A program made the translations under genes and the position numbers. From the NCBI GenBank assembly GCA_029246985.1, contig JAQWMC010000002.1:1-50690 (forward strand): DNA of 50,690 bases. The letters are read 5' to 3'. Shown in pieces: positions 19,499 to 29,573 of the stretch. Position 1 is the first letter of the stretch. The number at the start of each line of letters is the position of its first letter. The notes under the pieces were generated by a model, which worked only from the letters and a program-made list of their open reading frames with translations, was not told the origin of the DNA and did no database searches. The stretch comes from Pirellulales bacterium. Its GTDB lineage: Bacteria > Planctomycetota > Planctomycetia > Pirellulales > UBA1268.

Positions 19499-20440
19499 TT
19501 ATGACTTTGTTCGACGGCGGCGAGAAGGCTTTTTGAGAGGTCTACCTTGTGGCGTGGAGGGCACACTTTTGAGTGGCTCAGGGGATCCGTCAAGCGCCTG
19601 ACCGTTCTTGATGGACGCCAGCCGTTTTCGAATATGTGCAACATAATCTGCGGAGAGTTCAAATCCGAGGTATGAACGATCAAGTTTCTTTGCGGCAGCA
19701 AGCGTTGTGCCACTTCCAGCAAACGGATCAATGACGAGATCTCCTGGGTGGCTTGATGACCGAATGATCCGTCCAAGAAGTTGTTCGGGCATCTGGCAGC
19801 CATGCCAGCCAGACCGTTCCTTAAATGTCCCACACACTCGAGGAAAGTACCATGTGTCGTCATCTGTATTGAAGCCGCTTGTTAGGTCCTGAGGTCGCAA
19901 GATCCAGGTGTCATCCGGAAGTCGTCCTTTTGGATTTGCTCTGCGATCACCGTAGACCAATTCCCTTGCTGATGGCACTCTGATCGCATCGGCGTTGAAG
20001 GTGAAGGACTTTGGGTCACAGACAAAGTGGAACAAGTGGGCATGTGAGCGATTGAATTTCTGCTGACAATTTACGCCGAAAGTGTAGTACCAGACGACCC
20101 AACTACGGCATACAAAACCGAGATCTCTTGTAGCAATGACCTTGAGTTCAGCAGCGTATTCATCACCTATGGCGAGCCAAAATGTTCCATCGGGTCGTAG
20201 GACGCGATGGATTTCACTCATCCAACGAGTGGACCAGTCGAGATAGTCATCAGTTGAACGGCGGTCATGATAGGTGTCGTATGAATAGCCTATATTAAAT
20301 GGCGGGTCAGCAAATGCGAGGGGAATGCTATCTGTTGAAACACGACTTAATAATTCAAGACAGTCGCCCTCACGGACTCGGCTTGGTATCCGTTTGGAAG
20401 ATAGCTGTCGACGTACCGTTTTCTTTTTCTTAGTCGTCAT
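19499..20440 (-). CDS. Orphan N4/N6 DNA methyltransferase (beta class)
   Basis: Catalytic DPPF motif precedes SAM-binding DPFAGSGTT; H.CQMPE.L; no restriction gene adjacent. Confidence 0.9.
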   Translation of the reverse strand: MTTKKKKTVRRQLSSKRIPSRVREGDCLELLSRVSTDSIPLAFADPPFNIGYSYDTYHDRRSTDDYLDWSTRWMSEIHRVLRPDGTFWLAIGDEYAAELKVIATRDLGFVCRSWVVWYYTFGVNCQQKFNRSHAHLFHFVCDPKSFTFNADAIRVPSARELVYGDRRANPKGRLPDDTWILRPQDLTSGFNTDDDTWYFPRVCGTFKERSGWHGCQMPEQLLGRIIRSSSHPGDLVIDPFAGSGTTLAAAKKLDRSYLGFELSADYVAHIRKRLASIKNGQALDGSPEPLKSVPSTPQGRPLKKPSRRRRTKS

Positions 20441-20542
20441 GATCTAGGGAATGTACGTGCCACATAGCTTGCCGTCTATCTGAGTAGGTGCTGGTGCTGT
20501 GTTTTTCGGTCTGAAAACCAATGGGGGTTTTGAAGTATTGGC

Positions 20543-21676
20543 TCAATCACCTATCCATCGCATGATACGTTCAGCAGTTGGTACACGATATTTATCAATG
20601 ATGAGAAATGCCGGGATAACAAGAGCACAGAAGAAAAGGGCAAGTGTCGTCGAAAAGATGACGGGTAGGGTTTTTTGCCAATGAGCGGTGGGTTCTCCCA
20701 CTGTCATAAGCCCATAAATCCAGAGCGGCCAAAGATGAATCATGTGATGTATGAGGTAGATCGAGAGGGAGTGTTTGCTGACGACACGAAACCATTTTGC
20801 AAGATCTTCGAAGGCGTGAGAGTGGGTTGTCTCATCTTCTTTTTTGTCAACGATCCTATGGAGTGCGAATAGGCTGAGAGTAGACAGACCGATCGCTCCA
20901 AGGAGATAGCTAGTGGAGGCTGGAAACATTGTCTTTCGATAAATAAGAGGAGACAAGAAAGTGATTTGTTGTAATACGACCGATGCTGCAATGCATCCAA
21001 TGCTCAAACAAGTCGTTAAGAGCAGTTTAGAAGGCCGCTGTCCTCGAGAGTGCGTTGCAGCCGATGGAAAGAGTATGGGTGCAATAACAAACCCGATAGC
21101 CGGAAAAATGATCCAAGGAAAAATTGGGAAATATCCGGTTGCAAGGTATCCAAGGACGATATCAGAGAGAATAAAGTCGTACTCGAAATATCCATTAACC
21201 CAGAAAGCGTAGTAGTCGCTGATTCCCTGAAGAGCGGGGCTAATGATAGCCACAAGAATAATGCCGAAAACCAATACTTCTGTCGGTATCTTGCGGATGA
21301 TGTTTAAGAAGATGAGTGCGGATCCAATAAAGGTGAGGATGTCCCAATTGAATGTGTCTTCTGGTAGCCAGACGAATACGTTGAATGCAAAGCCAATTCC
21401 AATAAGGAAAAGGCCACGACGAACAGTTCGTTTTGAGATTGTGCGATCGTCGATTCCTCTATCTCTTTGAAGGGTCAGCCAAGAGTAATAACTCACGCCG
21501 GCCAGTAACGTGAAGAGTGGCGCCGCCAAGCCAACCGGTAGCCACCAGAGATGTTCTCGAGAAGCCGGGCCAGCAACTGATGGGCTGTACTGAGCCGAAA
21601 GGTTTTCTACAAAGTGGACTAGCACCATCATTCCAATAGCTGCAGTTCGCAGAATATCAATAGACAGAAGTCGCAC
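20543..21676 (-). CDS. Multi-TM acyltransferase-like protein (DUF1624/heparan-alpha-glucosaminide N-acetyltransferase/DUF418 type)
   Basis: R..SIDILR..A...M...H, LF.LLAGVS, WDIL..IG, YFPIFPW, HSLSIYLIH. Confidence 0.8.
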   Translation of the reverse strand: MRLLSIDILRTAAIGMMVLVHFVENLSAQYSPSVAGPASREHLWWLPVGLAAPLFTLLAGVSYYSWLTLQRDRGIDDRTISKRTVRRGLFLIGIGFAFNVFVWLPEDTFNWDILTFIGSALIFLNIIRKIPTEVLVFGIILVAIISPALQGISDYYAFWVNGYFEYDFILSDIVLGYLATGYFPIFPWIIFPAIGFVIAPILFPSAATHSRGQRPSKLLLTTCLSIGCIAASVVLQQITFLSPLIYRKTMFPASTSYLLGAIGLSTLSLFALHRIVDKKEDETTHSHAFEDLAKWFRVVSKHSLSIYLIHHMIHLWPLWIYGLMTVGEPTAHWQKTLPVIFSTTLALFFCALVIPAFLIIDKYRVPTAERIMRWIGD

Positions 21677-21680
21677 GATA

Positions 21681-22463
21681 TCAATTTCCTGCGGTTGAGA
21701 TCAAATCAACGAGCAGCAGTACGATTTCTGCTGCGAGCAAGAAAACGATCGCCCAGATTAAAACATATTCTCGCTGTGCCAACACGTATTCGCTCACGCG
21801 TTGCCCTGTGGTTTCATAGAGACGAATAATGGTGTCAAGCTGCTCGCTGGCAAATTCTTCACGGTCGACCAGTCGAGAGCGATCTCGGAGTCGCTCACCA
21901 AGTTGGCCAGCGAGAGTCGGTGGGTGTTCAGGTGCTAAATGAATGTGGGGTGAGAGTCTGGAAAGTTTTCCTGCCAGTGACATCGCTTGCTTATACCGAT
22001 GAGCTAGAGCGGCGGCAGATTCTTTGTCTGAATCATGAAACAAGAATCCGCTTGATAAGTCATTCTCGTAGTGTTCCCATGCTGAAGGAAGTGCATGTTC
22101 AATAGCACTGACTTCAAATACCGTTGTTGTGAAATCTAATATGGCCTGCTCGGCCTTCTTGAAGTGCCGCGGTGCCGTGACTAAGACCATTCGTATTGGT
22201 GTCCAGACGACAAGCGTGCCATACAGTTCAAGAACAATCGGTTTGTCACATGATTGACCGCTGTTGACCCAGGTGATGCAGTCATTGAAATGACTTTCGA
22301 TAGGATCGTCAGTAGCGATTTTTAAAAATTCAACTGCTTTTTGCTCAGATATCGATGGAAAACGAACCTCCTCCACATGTCTACCATGGTGAGAATTCGT
22401 GGATGCATTTGTGCTTCCTGCTGGGTCATCTTCTTGGGAATCAGGTGGAACGTTTGTGTTCAT
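21681..22463 (-). CDS. Hypothetical protein, RMD1/DUF155-like, with C-terminal TM
   Basis: Helical domain then R..F..EQLD...LYE...EYVLIWAIVFLLAAEI, resembling the DUF155 C-terminal LEWIIIxLIxxEI; start set at ATG 22463, 7 nt past the upstream stop. Confidence 0.6.
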   Translation of the reverse strand: MNTNVPPDSQEDDPAGSTNASTNSHHGRHVEEVRFPSISEQKAVEFLKIATDDPIESHFNDCITWVNSGQSCDKPIVLELYGTLVVWTPIRMVLVTAPRHFKKAEQAILDFTTTVFEVSAIEHALPSAWEHYENDLSSGFLFHDSDKESAAALAHRYKQAMSLAGKLSRLSPHIHLAPEHPPTLAGQLGERLRDRSRLVDREEFASEQLDTIIRLYETTGQRVSEYVLAQREYVLIWAIVFLLAAEIVLLLVDLISTAGN

Positions 22464-22470
22464 ACTTATC

Positions 22471-23844
22471 TTACTCTTGGGCTGCTGCCATCGTTGTGAT
22501 CCAGCCTGCAGCATAATCGGCAGAATCTAGTACGCCATTCAATGTGGAGTCAAACAGGTAATCCCCAACTACGAGTAGGTGTGGACACGTGCCAGTATCA
22601 GGGCAATGCTTTAGATCAGTTCCACGTTGTTGGAAGCCACCTGGCTGAGCACTTACTGCGCCGATCCAGCGATGTATTTTGGCCTCACAGAAAAGTTTTT
22701 TCGCCTCCTCTTGGTGAGATGGGAGTGATTTGAGTGCCGCAGATATAAGTTCCTCATCACTGTATTCGGCCATCGTTTGAGCAGCAGTGCCTCCGAGCAG
22801 CCAGCCGAGGACTCCATACTGTGCTTCCGGTATTCGTGACGATTCGTCATAGAGGCAACAGCCGTCAAAAGCATCAAGCATGCAGTACGAATCATGGAGC
22901 CATGATTTCCAGAATGGTTTCTCAAAGAGGATTGTGATCCGAAGGTAATCAGCAGGGTGATCATGGTGCGCAATGTGGTTTTGCATTGCAGAGGCAAGGG
23001 AGCTGTCGAGAAACACCAGTTTCTTCAGTGGCTCAATTGGGAGAGCGACGACAACAGCATCGAATTCTTCACTCTGATGACCATCTTCTGTGTTCCAAGA
23101 GAGTTCAAGTGTATTTTGTTTGCTCTTTTTGACAGTTGTTACTTTGGTATTCAATCGAACGCCTGCAGAGAGGCGACAGGCGAGAGCATGGACGAGAAGA
23201 TCATTGCCCCCAGTAATGCTGTACAGCTGCATATAAGCGGGATCGTTCATGAGATAGTTGTCGAGCCCATATCGATGGCTTGTCTGAGCAGGCTCAGCGG
23301 CAAGGTCGCTATGGATGTGCTGCTGAAGATACTCTTTGGTTTTTTTTGGTAGGCGATCTAGCGATGTGCTGAATCGCTCTTCTTGAAGACTCGTGCCCAA
23401 AGCATTGATGTGAGAAGTCGAAGTGCCGTCATAAAACTGCCGCGGTGAGACTTCTGATTTCGCGCGGTTGTTGAACCGTAGGAATTCGTGAAGAGCACCC
23501 TCACCAAGACTGTCGTGTGCATCCTCAATTGTTCCTAAGACCTTGTTTTCTTGGACTATTGATGTGCCGCCCATCGACTGCGTTTGAAGACCAAAGTGTT
23601 CAATGAGTTCTCGAAGCGGATCTTCATCTATCAGGGAGTAATCATAAAACTCAGCGGCACCAGCTTCGTACTGTATGCCTTTGGATGAAAAATGCTCAGT
23701 CAACAATTTCCCTCCGAGTCGATCGCTTGACTCGAAAATAGAAATGTTGAGAGGTGTGGAGCAGAGCTGCTCGAGACGATAGGCAGTAAAGAGGCCGCCC
23801 GGCCCTCCACCAATAATCCCAATATTCCACCGAGGTATGTTCAT
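22471..23844 (-). CDS. Flavin monoamine oxidase family FAD-dependent oxidoreductase
   Basis: GGGPGGL Rossmann motif, E.SDRLGGK, EAGA, F.KPFW, VGDY...TLNG...S. Confidence 0.88.
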   Translation of the reverse strand: MNIPRWNIGIIGGGPGGLFTAYRLEQLCSTPLNISIFESSDRLGGKLLTEHFSSKGIQYEAGAAEFYDYSLIDEDPLRELIEHFGLQTQSMGGTSIVQENKVLGTIEDAHDSLGEGALHEFLRFNNRAKSEVSPRQFYDGTSTSHINALGTSLQEERFSTSLDRLPKKTKEYLQQHIHSDLAAEPAQTSHRYGLDNYLMNDPAYMQLYSITGGNDLLVHALACRLSAGVRLNTKVTTVKKSKQNTLELSWNTEDGHQSEEFDAVVVALPIEPLKKLVFLDSSLASAMQNHIAHHDHPADYLRITILFEKPFWKSWLHDSYCMLDAFDGCCLYDESSRIPEAQYGVLGWLLGGTAAQTMAEYSDEELISAALKSLPSHQEEAKKLFCEAKIHRWIGAVSAQPGGFQQRGTDLKHCPDTGTCPHLLVVGDYLFDSTLNGVLDSADYAAGWITTMAAAQE

Positions 23845-23945
23845 TATGGTATGAAACGTCGTGGCACGGAAAAAGTTGTGTTGAGACGAGTGATAAATCA
23901 GTCAGGGAAGACGAAGTGCTTTGCTGAAAGAAAATGAAACGGAGT

Positions 23946-25229
23946 CTAATCCATCGTGGCTAGCATAATCGCAGTTTGGCATGCAGCCTTATAGGTTTTC
24001 AGGTCCAGCCATTCATTGGTTGTATGGATGTCATGCTGTCCGCAGCCAAGAGTGACTGTCGGTATGCCATTGGCTGCCATCCAATTGGCATCCAAGCCTC
24101 CATTGGAAATGTCGTAGTATGGTGTGTGACCGAGGGCCTGGAGTGCCCTGTGTGCAGTTGTAATTGAGGGATCGTTTTTTGTGAGCTGAAAAGCTTCGTA
24201 GTCGAGCCGTTTTGATATTGAAACAGTTCCTTTACGACCGCTCGCCGATTTCACTTGATTTGCGGCTTGTTTAAATGCCTTCTCGATTGCTCGAACAATC
24301 CTATTTCGAAACGCGGTGTCATGTCCTCTTGCCTCCGCCCGCAGAGTTGCTCGCTCTGCAACAACGTTGGTAGCAGCACCGCCATGAATCACCCCAATGT
24401 TGCTCGTTCCCCTCTTCGACCCTTTCTCAACTAACCCATGCCAGCCGTCTTCATGCAATGATGCGATGGCAAGTGAAGCGATTGCAATTGCTGAAACGCC
24501 GTGTTCTGGGGCAACTCCGGCGTGGCTTGGGATTCCTTCGATGGTGATGTCGAGACGCTCACCACCGGTTGCCCCAATCGTCAACTTGTCCACATTCCCA
24601 CCGTCAAAATTAAACGCTAGCTTTGGTTTTCCGAGGTCGATTGCCTTGACTGTACGAGCGCCCCACAGCCCCACCTCCTCCTGTATTGCAAAGAAGAATG
24701 TAAGTGGTGGATGATCAATTTTTTGACGTAAGATTTCAAGCGCAGTTGAGAGTACGACGCCACAGCCGGAACGGTCGTCCGCCCCAAGACCCGTCGCTGG
24801 ATTGCCGCTTTTTACGATGTCTCCACGAAGAACAGGTTTTGTTCCTTCACAAACAGGGACAGTATCCATGTGTGCCATAAGCAGTCGGCGTGGTCCTCTT
24901 CGCGTCCCCGGAAATTTTACGATTAAGTTTCCACAGTTACCTTTCAGAGGTGTTTTTTTATGTGCCTGATCAAATGAGATGATGTTTTTTGAGCAGCCAG
25001 CGTCGAGTAGTTTTTTTCGAATGGCTTCAGCGACTTGTTTTTCCTGCCCTGAAATGCCAGGAATCTTTAAAAGATCAAGAACAGTTTTTTGCGCTCGTGC
25101 CAAATCAATCTCGGGTATGTTTGACGAGTCTTGTGCAACAGATTGTGCAGTGCGTGTTACCTTCGTGCGTGGTCTTTTTTGGGGCACGGGACGAGAAGTT
25201 TTTCTTTTTGTTGATGTGGAGTGTGCCAT
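23946..25229 (-). CDS. M20 family metallopeptidase (peptidase T-like)
   Basis: AHMDTV, GADDRSG, QEEVGL.GA, HAG.APE.G.SAI, GGLDAN, IHT..E; start could instead be GTG at 25187. Confidence 0.9.
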   Translation of the reverse strand: MAHSTSTKRKTSRPVPQKRPRTKVTRTAQSVAQDSSNIPEIDLARAQKTVLDLLKIPGISGQEKQVAEAIRKKLLDAGCSKNIISFDQAHKKTPLKGNCGNLIVKFPGTRRGPRRLLMAHMDTVPVCEGTKPVLRGDIVKSGNPATGLGADDRSGCGVVLSTALEILRQKIDHPPLTFFFAIQEEVGLWGARTVKAIDLGKPKLAFNFDGGNVDKLTIGATGGERLDITIEGIPSHAGVAPEHGVSAIAIASLAIASLHEDGWHGLVEKGSKRGTSNIGVIHGGAATNVVAERATLRAEARGHDTAFRNRIVRAIEKAFKQAANQVKSASGRKGTVSISKRLDYEAFQLTKNDPSITTAHRALQALGHTPYYDISNGGLDANWMAANGIPTVTLGCGQHDIHTTNEWLDLKTYKAACQTAIMLATMD

Positions 25230-25671
25230 GAAAATTTTTCTTGCGGGGATTATGCAGGGGTCGCATGTTTCGGCTTGTGTGCATGATCAATCATATCGTG
25301 ATTCATTACACGATATTGTACAGGGACACTGGCCAAAGGCAGAAGTCTATGATCCATTTGCGAACCACACCGAATCAGTCGGGTATAGCAGTGGTCATGC
25401 TCGGGACGTGTTTTGCCAGCATATCCGAATGTGTCAACAGTTTGATGTGTTGATCGCGTACGTTCCTGAGGCTTCAATGGGAACATCAATTGAAATGTGG
25501 GAGGCACATATGAACGCAAGATTTGTGATAACAATTACACCGCTTATCCATAATTGGGTGGTCCAGATCACGAGCAATGTAGTTTACGGAACCGTGCCAG
25601 CATTCGTTGAATCGCTTCGGTCTGGTGAGATTGATAAACTGATACGACACGAACAAATTTCTCATGATTAG
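25228..25671 (+). CDS. Nucleoside 2-deoxyribosyltransferase (NDT)-like protein
   Basis: MKIFLAG, VYDP, D.LIA, SMGTSIEMWEA matching S.GT..E..A of the NDT/RCL fold; GGAG SD at 25218-25221. Confidence 0.7.
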   Translation: MKIFLAGIMQGSHVSACVHDQSYRDSLHDIVQGHWPKAEVYDPFANHTESVGYSSGHARDVFCQHIRMCQQFDVLIAYVPEASMGTSIEMWEAHMNARFVITITPLIHNWVVQITSNVVYGTVPAFVESLRSGEIDKLIRHEQISHD

Positions 25672-25709
25672 TTTGTAGCGAGAGTCACCAGGCCGAATCA
25701 AAGGACGAG

Positions 25710-26225
25710 CTATCCGTAGGAATGCATGAGAGTCTTAATCACGAAAAGTGTACAGGCTGCAAGGCCAGCAGCAGCCCAGTCATCGGCCATGATGCCGAGA
25801 CCTCCAGGAAGATTTTCAAGCTGTCGACAAGGAGGCGGTTTTGTGATGTCAAACAATCGAAAGAGCAGGAAAGCGAGAAGCATGATCAGCCATGTTCGCT
25901 CTTGGGGAGGAACAACAAGAAGAACAAATGGCATTGCAGCAAATTCATCAAGGACGATGGATGACGGGTCTTTTTTTCCTCCGAGTTGCTGTGAAGCAAT
26001 CGTGCAGACCGGAATAGCAATGCAGCAGATTGTCACCCATAACTGCAATTCGAGAAAGAAAGGAATCTGCACAAATGAAAGTGCTGCAATAATTGGTAAT
26101 GCAGCTGCAGACCCCCACGTTCCGGGTGCTGGACGGACTCTGCCGATCCAAAAACATGTTGCCAATACCACGGCTGGATGCCTCCAGGCAGCAGACTTGG
26201 TTGCATCAGACGGTTCGGTATTCAC
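25710..26225 (-). CDS. pgpA: Phosphatidylglycerophosphatase A
   Basis: PAPGTWGS, DPSSIVLDEF, FRLFDITKP.P, GGLGIMADD. Confidence 0.93.
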   Translation of the reverse strand: MNTEPSDATKSAAWRHPAVVLATCFWIGRVRPAPGTWGSAAALPIIAALSFVQIPFFLELQLWVTICCIAIPVCTIASQQLGGKKDPSSIVLDEFAAMPFVLLVVPPQERTWLIMLLAFLLFRLFDITKPPPCRQLENLPGGLGIMADDWAAAGLAACTLFVIKTLMHSYG

Positions 26226-26258
26226 GGGGTGGTTCCTGTTGGCAGGCTAAGAAAACAG

Positions 26259-26265
26259 TATTATA
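26259..26265. promoter_or_regulatory. Possible bidirectional -10 element between pgpA and def
   Basis: tattata gives TATAAT on the minus strand (26265-26260) and TATTAT on the plus strand (26259-26264) in a short divergent spacer. Confidence 0.35.
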
Positions 26266-26319
26266 TAAGAAGTGTTCTTTCGGAAGGAATGTTTTCGTTT
26301 CAAGCGTATAGGTTTTTCC

Positions 26320-26961
26320 GTGTCCTCTTCACAAAATCCTGAATCCCAACCGTCTGCCGAGTCTTCCATCGGCACGCTTCGTTTGGTTGAATATCCACAC
26401 CCGGCACTCTTTCGGAAGTCAAAGCCACTTCTCCGTATTGATCAAGGGGTCCGTGATGCCGTCGAACAGATGTTTGATATCATGTATGAATCTCAAGGGG
26501 TGGGGTTGGCTGCTAATCAAGTCGCCCTGCCGTATAGAATGTTTGTAGTCAATGCTACGGGTGATCCAAATTCGGGTGAGGAGCTGGCCTTTCTGAATCC
26601 AATTTTAACTCGGCCGCGTGGTACTGCGATACAAGAGGAAGGATGCCTCAGCCTTCCGGGGCTACGAGCCGATGTTCGACGGCCACAGCAAGTGGTAGTT
26701 GAGGCTTGGAGTGTAGACGGTCAGCCAATACGTATCGATCTGGATGGTTTTTTGGCCCGTGTTGTTCAGCATGAATTTGATCATCTTGAAGGACGTCTTT
26801 TTACGGACAGACTCCCTGATGCAGCGGGTCTCGAAGTGAAGCGAGACCTCGAATTACTTGAAGATATTTATCATGGAAAGCAATCCCGTGGTGAGTTGCC
26901 TCCAGAAGATACAATCATGGCGGAATTGGATCGGCTCGAAGACCAGCGTTGTAAGTCATGA
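26320..26961 (+). CDS. def: Peptide deformylase
   Basis: GVGLAANQV, EGCLS, QHEFDHLEG; start set at in-frame GTG 26320 (uncertain). Confidence 0.95.
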   Translation: MSSSQNPESQPSAESSIGTLRLVEYPHPALFRKSKPLLRIDQGVRDAVEQMFDIMYESQGVGLAANQVALPYRMFVVNATGDPNSGEELAFLNPILTRPRGTAIQEEGCLSLPGLRADVRRPQQVVVEAWSVDGQPIRIDLDGFLARVVQHEFDHLEGRLFTDRLPDAAGLEVKRDLELLEDIYHGKQSRGELPPEDTIMAELDRLEDQRCKS

Positions 26962-27998
26962 GTACATTGGATTCCAGTCAAGGATTATCTGTTGTGGTCA
27001 TGGGAACGGGGCCCTTTATCCTGCCGTCATTCGAGTCACTTTTGGCATCAAGGCATCGCATAGTTGCAGTTGTTACCCGTCCAGCTCGAGCTGCTCGTGG
27101 AAGGCGAGCGCCAGTAAACCCTATGCGTGAAGCTGCGGAAAAAGCTGGATTTCCATTACTTGATCCACCGGATGTAAACGCTGTGGATGTGCAAGATGTA
27201 ATTAGAGCGAGTGGCGCTGACATAATGTTGGTTTGTGATTACGGCCAGATACTATCAGCAGATACTCTTGGTACAACGCCTCTAGGTGGCATCAATCTGC
27301 ACGGTTCGCTCCTCCCACGGCATCGTGGCGCAGCACCCGTTCAATGGGCTATTCTTTGTGGCGACAAGCAAACGGGGGTGAGTGTCATTCATATGACACC
27401 AAGGCTTGATGCTGGTCGTGTCATTGCAACTCGCTCTACGCTGATTGGATCAAAAGAATCATCCGCTCAGTTGGAGGCTCGGTTGGCTCAACTTGGAGTT
27501 GAAGTGGTTCTAGACTCCCTCGATAGTCTGGAAGCAATGAAAGACACCTCCAACGAGGCAGGCATGGTAATCGGACAGGTTCAGGATGAGAAAAAAGCGA
27601 CAGTGGCACCAAGAATTACAAAGCAAGATGGTGTTATCAATTGGGAGATGACCGCCACTGAAATTGATCGCCGTCGAAGGGCCTTTGATCCATGGCCTCG
27701 ATTGACAGCGTTTGTTCCACACATGAACGTTTTTCGCAGGCTCGTATGCTTAGAAACGGAAGTTGTTGCAGGTCAATCAGACAACTCTTCTATTCCGCCA
27801 GGAGTAGTTGTTGAGATTCGTGCAGAATGTCTGGTTGTCACTTGTGGTAGAGGAAGTCGGCTAGCAATACAGCGAGTGATACCAGAAGGAAAGCGAGCTA
27901 TGCCAGCAGCCGATTTTATTCGTGGAAGTTCCCTGCGAGTAGGCTCCCAATTGCCTGTTTCGGTTGCCCATGGAGACACTCCGCAATCCTTAGGATAA
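26958..27998 (+). CDS. fmt: Methionyl-tRNA formyltransferase
   Basis: MGT..F, INLHGSLLP.HRGAAPVQ.AI, LDAG; ATGA overlap with def. Confidence 0.95.
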   Translation: MSTLDSSQGLSVVVMGTGPFILPSFESLLASRHRIVAVVTRPARAARGRRAPVNPMREAAEKAGFPLLDPPDVNAVDVQDVIRASGADIMLVCDYGQILSADTLGTTPLGGINLHGSLLPRHRGAAPVQWAILCGDKQTGVSVIHMTPRLDAGRVIATRSTLIGSKESSAQLEARLAQLGVEVVLDSLDSLEAMKDTSNEAGMVIGQVQDEKKATVAPRITKQDGVINWEMTATEIDRRRRAFDPWPRLTAFVPHMNVFRRLVCLETEVVAGQSDNSSIPPGVVVEIRAECLVVTCGRGSRLAIQRVIPEGKRAMPAADFIRGSSLRVGSQLPVSVAHGDTPQSLG

Positions 27999-28008
27999 GA
28001 TCGAGAGA

Positions 28009-29514
28009 ATGTCTTCTTCGAAACGATTATTTATTGAGACCGTTGGCTGTCAGATGAATGTTCTTGATAGCGAGCTTGTCGTAGCTGCATTACGTCGTCA
28101 GGGATGGGATATGACGTCTACGATGGCCGACGCCGATGCGATCTTCTTTAATACATGTAGTGTTCGTCAGCATGCCGAGGATAAAATCTATTCAGCCCTT
28201 GGACGAGTGCGAAAACAAAAGCAAAAATCCCCAGAACTAATCGTTGGTGTCCTGGGATGCATGGCGCAAAAAGATCAGGAAATGATCCGTGCGCGAGCTC
28301 CGTGGGTTGATCTCGTTGTTGGCCCTGGGCAACTCCATAAAGTGCCCTCTCTTGTTGATTTGATTCAGACGGGAAGTGGGCCTCAGCTTGAAGTGAGTCT
28401 CGATCGTAAATCAGGCAGTCGGCTAGAGGTCGTAGACAGCTTTGAGAGTTATGATCCTGATCGAGATGCGACGATGCGGCCGACGCCATTTCAGGCATTC
28501 GTTCGGACGCAGACGGGCTGTGACAAATTTTGTGCCTTTTGTGTTGTGCCAAGAGTACGAGGGCCAGAGCAGGCCCGGCCACCACATGCCATTATTGCTG
28601 AAGCTGAGAAACTGGTTGCGGAGGGTTGCAGGGAAATAACACTTATCGGGCAGACGGTGAACAGCTATCGGTGGTCTGATGGAGGAAAAACGTCCCGTTT
28701 ATCTGACTTATTGCTGGGACTGAATGCAATTGATGGACTGGATCGTATTAAGTTTGTCACAAATTACCCACGTGACATGACGACGGATTTGATTGATGCA
28801 GTTCGCGATCTTCCAAAGGTCTCGCATTCTATTCATGTGCCAGCTCAGCACGGTTCAGATGATGTTCTTAAGCGTATGAAGCGAGGGTACACCATAGGGC
28901 AGTACATGGAAATGCTCGGTCGCCTGAGGGAAGCAATTCCTCATGCTGCTGTGTCGAGTGATTTCATTGTTGGTTTCTGTGGGGAGACAGAAGAAGAATT
29001 CGCATTAAGTGTCGAGCTTACAAAGACGGTGAAATTCAAAAATAGTTTTATCTTCAAGTACAGCCCGAGACCGGGGACAAAAGCATTTGATAGGCAAGTA
29101 GATGATGTGCCAGAAAGCGTGAAAAAGGAAAGAAATCGTCTTCTTCAAGAGGCTCAGGCAGTCGTAAGTCTTGAAGGGAATCGACGGTTCGTCGGCTCAC
29201 GACAGCAGGTCCTCGTTGAGGGGCTTTCAACGCGTGATGAGAGGCAGGCTGTAGACCCCGGTCCAGATGGTCTTGCGCAACTTACAGGCAGGACGATGTG
29301 CGATCGGATTGTAGTCTTCGACGCACCTCTTCGCCTGATTGGTAGAATGGTCGATGTGGATATTATTTCCGCCGGTGCTTGGAGTCTTGCTGGAGACGTA
29401 GCCGATGACTTGGCGAATGCTGTCCCTCTCGATCGTTTAGAACAATCCGGTCCAACAGTACACCAGATTCAGGTTCCCTCGCAGTCTCCACCACAGATTG
29501 CACAAAGGTCGTAA
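28009..29514 (+). CDS. miaB: tRNA-2-methylthio-N6-isopentenyladenosine synthase MiaB
   Basis: GCQMNVLDSE, NTCSVR..AE.K, GCMAQ, CDKFCAFCVVP, YSPRPGT, TRAM domain. Confidence 0.93.
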   Translation: MSSSKRLFIETVGCQMNVLDSELVVAALRRQGWDMTSTMADADAIFFNTCSVRQHAEDKIYSALGRVRKQKQKSPELIVGVLGCMAQKDQEMIRARAPWVDLVVGPGQLHKVPSLVDLIQTGSGPQLEVSLDRKSGSRLEVVDSFESYDPDRDATMRPTPFQAFVRTQTGCDKFCAFCVVPRVRGPEQARPPHAIIAEAEKLVAEGCREITLIGQTVNSYRWSDGGKTSRLSDLLLGLNAIDGLDRIKFVTNYPRDMTTDLIDAVRDLPKVSHSIHVPAQHGSDDVLKRMKRGYTIGQYMEMLGRLREAIPHAAVSSDFIVGFCGETEEEFALSVELTKTVKFKNSFIFKYSPRPGTKAFDRQVDDVPESVKKERNRLLQEAQAVVSLEGNRRFVGSRQQVLVEGLSTRDERQAVDPGPDGLAQLTGRTMCDRIVVFDAPLRLIGRMVDVDIISAGAWSLAGDVADDLANAVPLDRLEQSGPTVHQIQVPSQSPPQIAQRS

Positions 29515-29573
29515 CGGGTTATTAAGGCCAACAAAACCCTCAGATATTATTTGCTTGAACTGATCAGGCCACC

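Noticed and set aside
19499-22463. Restriction-modification or other defence system around the methyltransferase
   Set aside because: Neighbours show no PD-(D/E)xK, HNH, helicase or specificity-subunit motifs
24979-25227. Long 230-aa version of the NDT-like ORF
   Set aside because: The first 83 codons are antisense shadow of the M20 gene; the fold motif and SD point to ATG 25228
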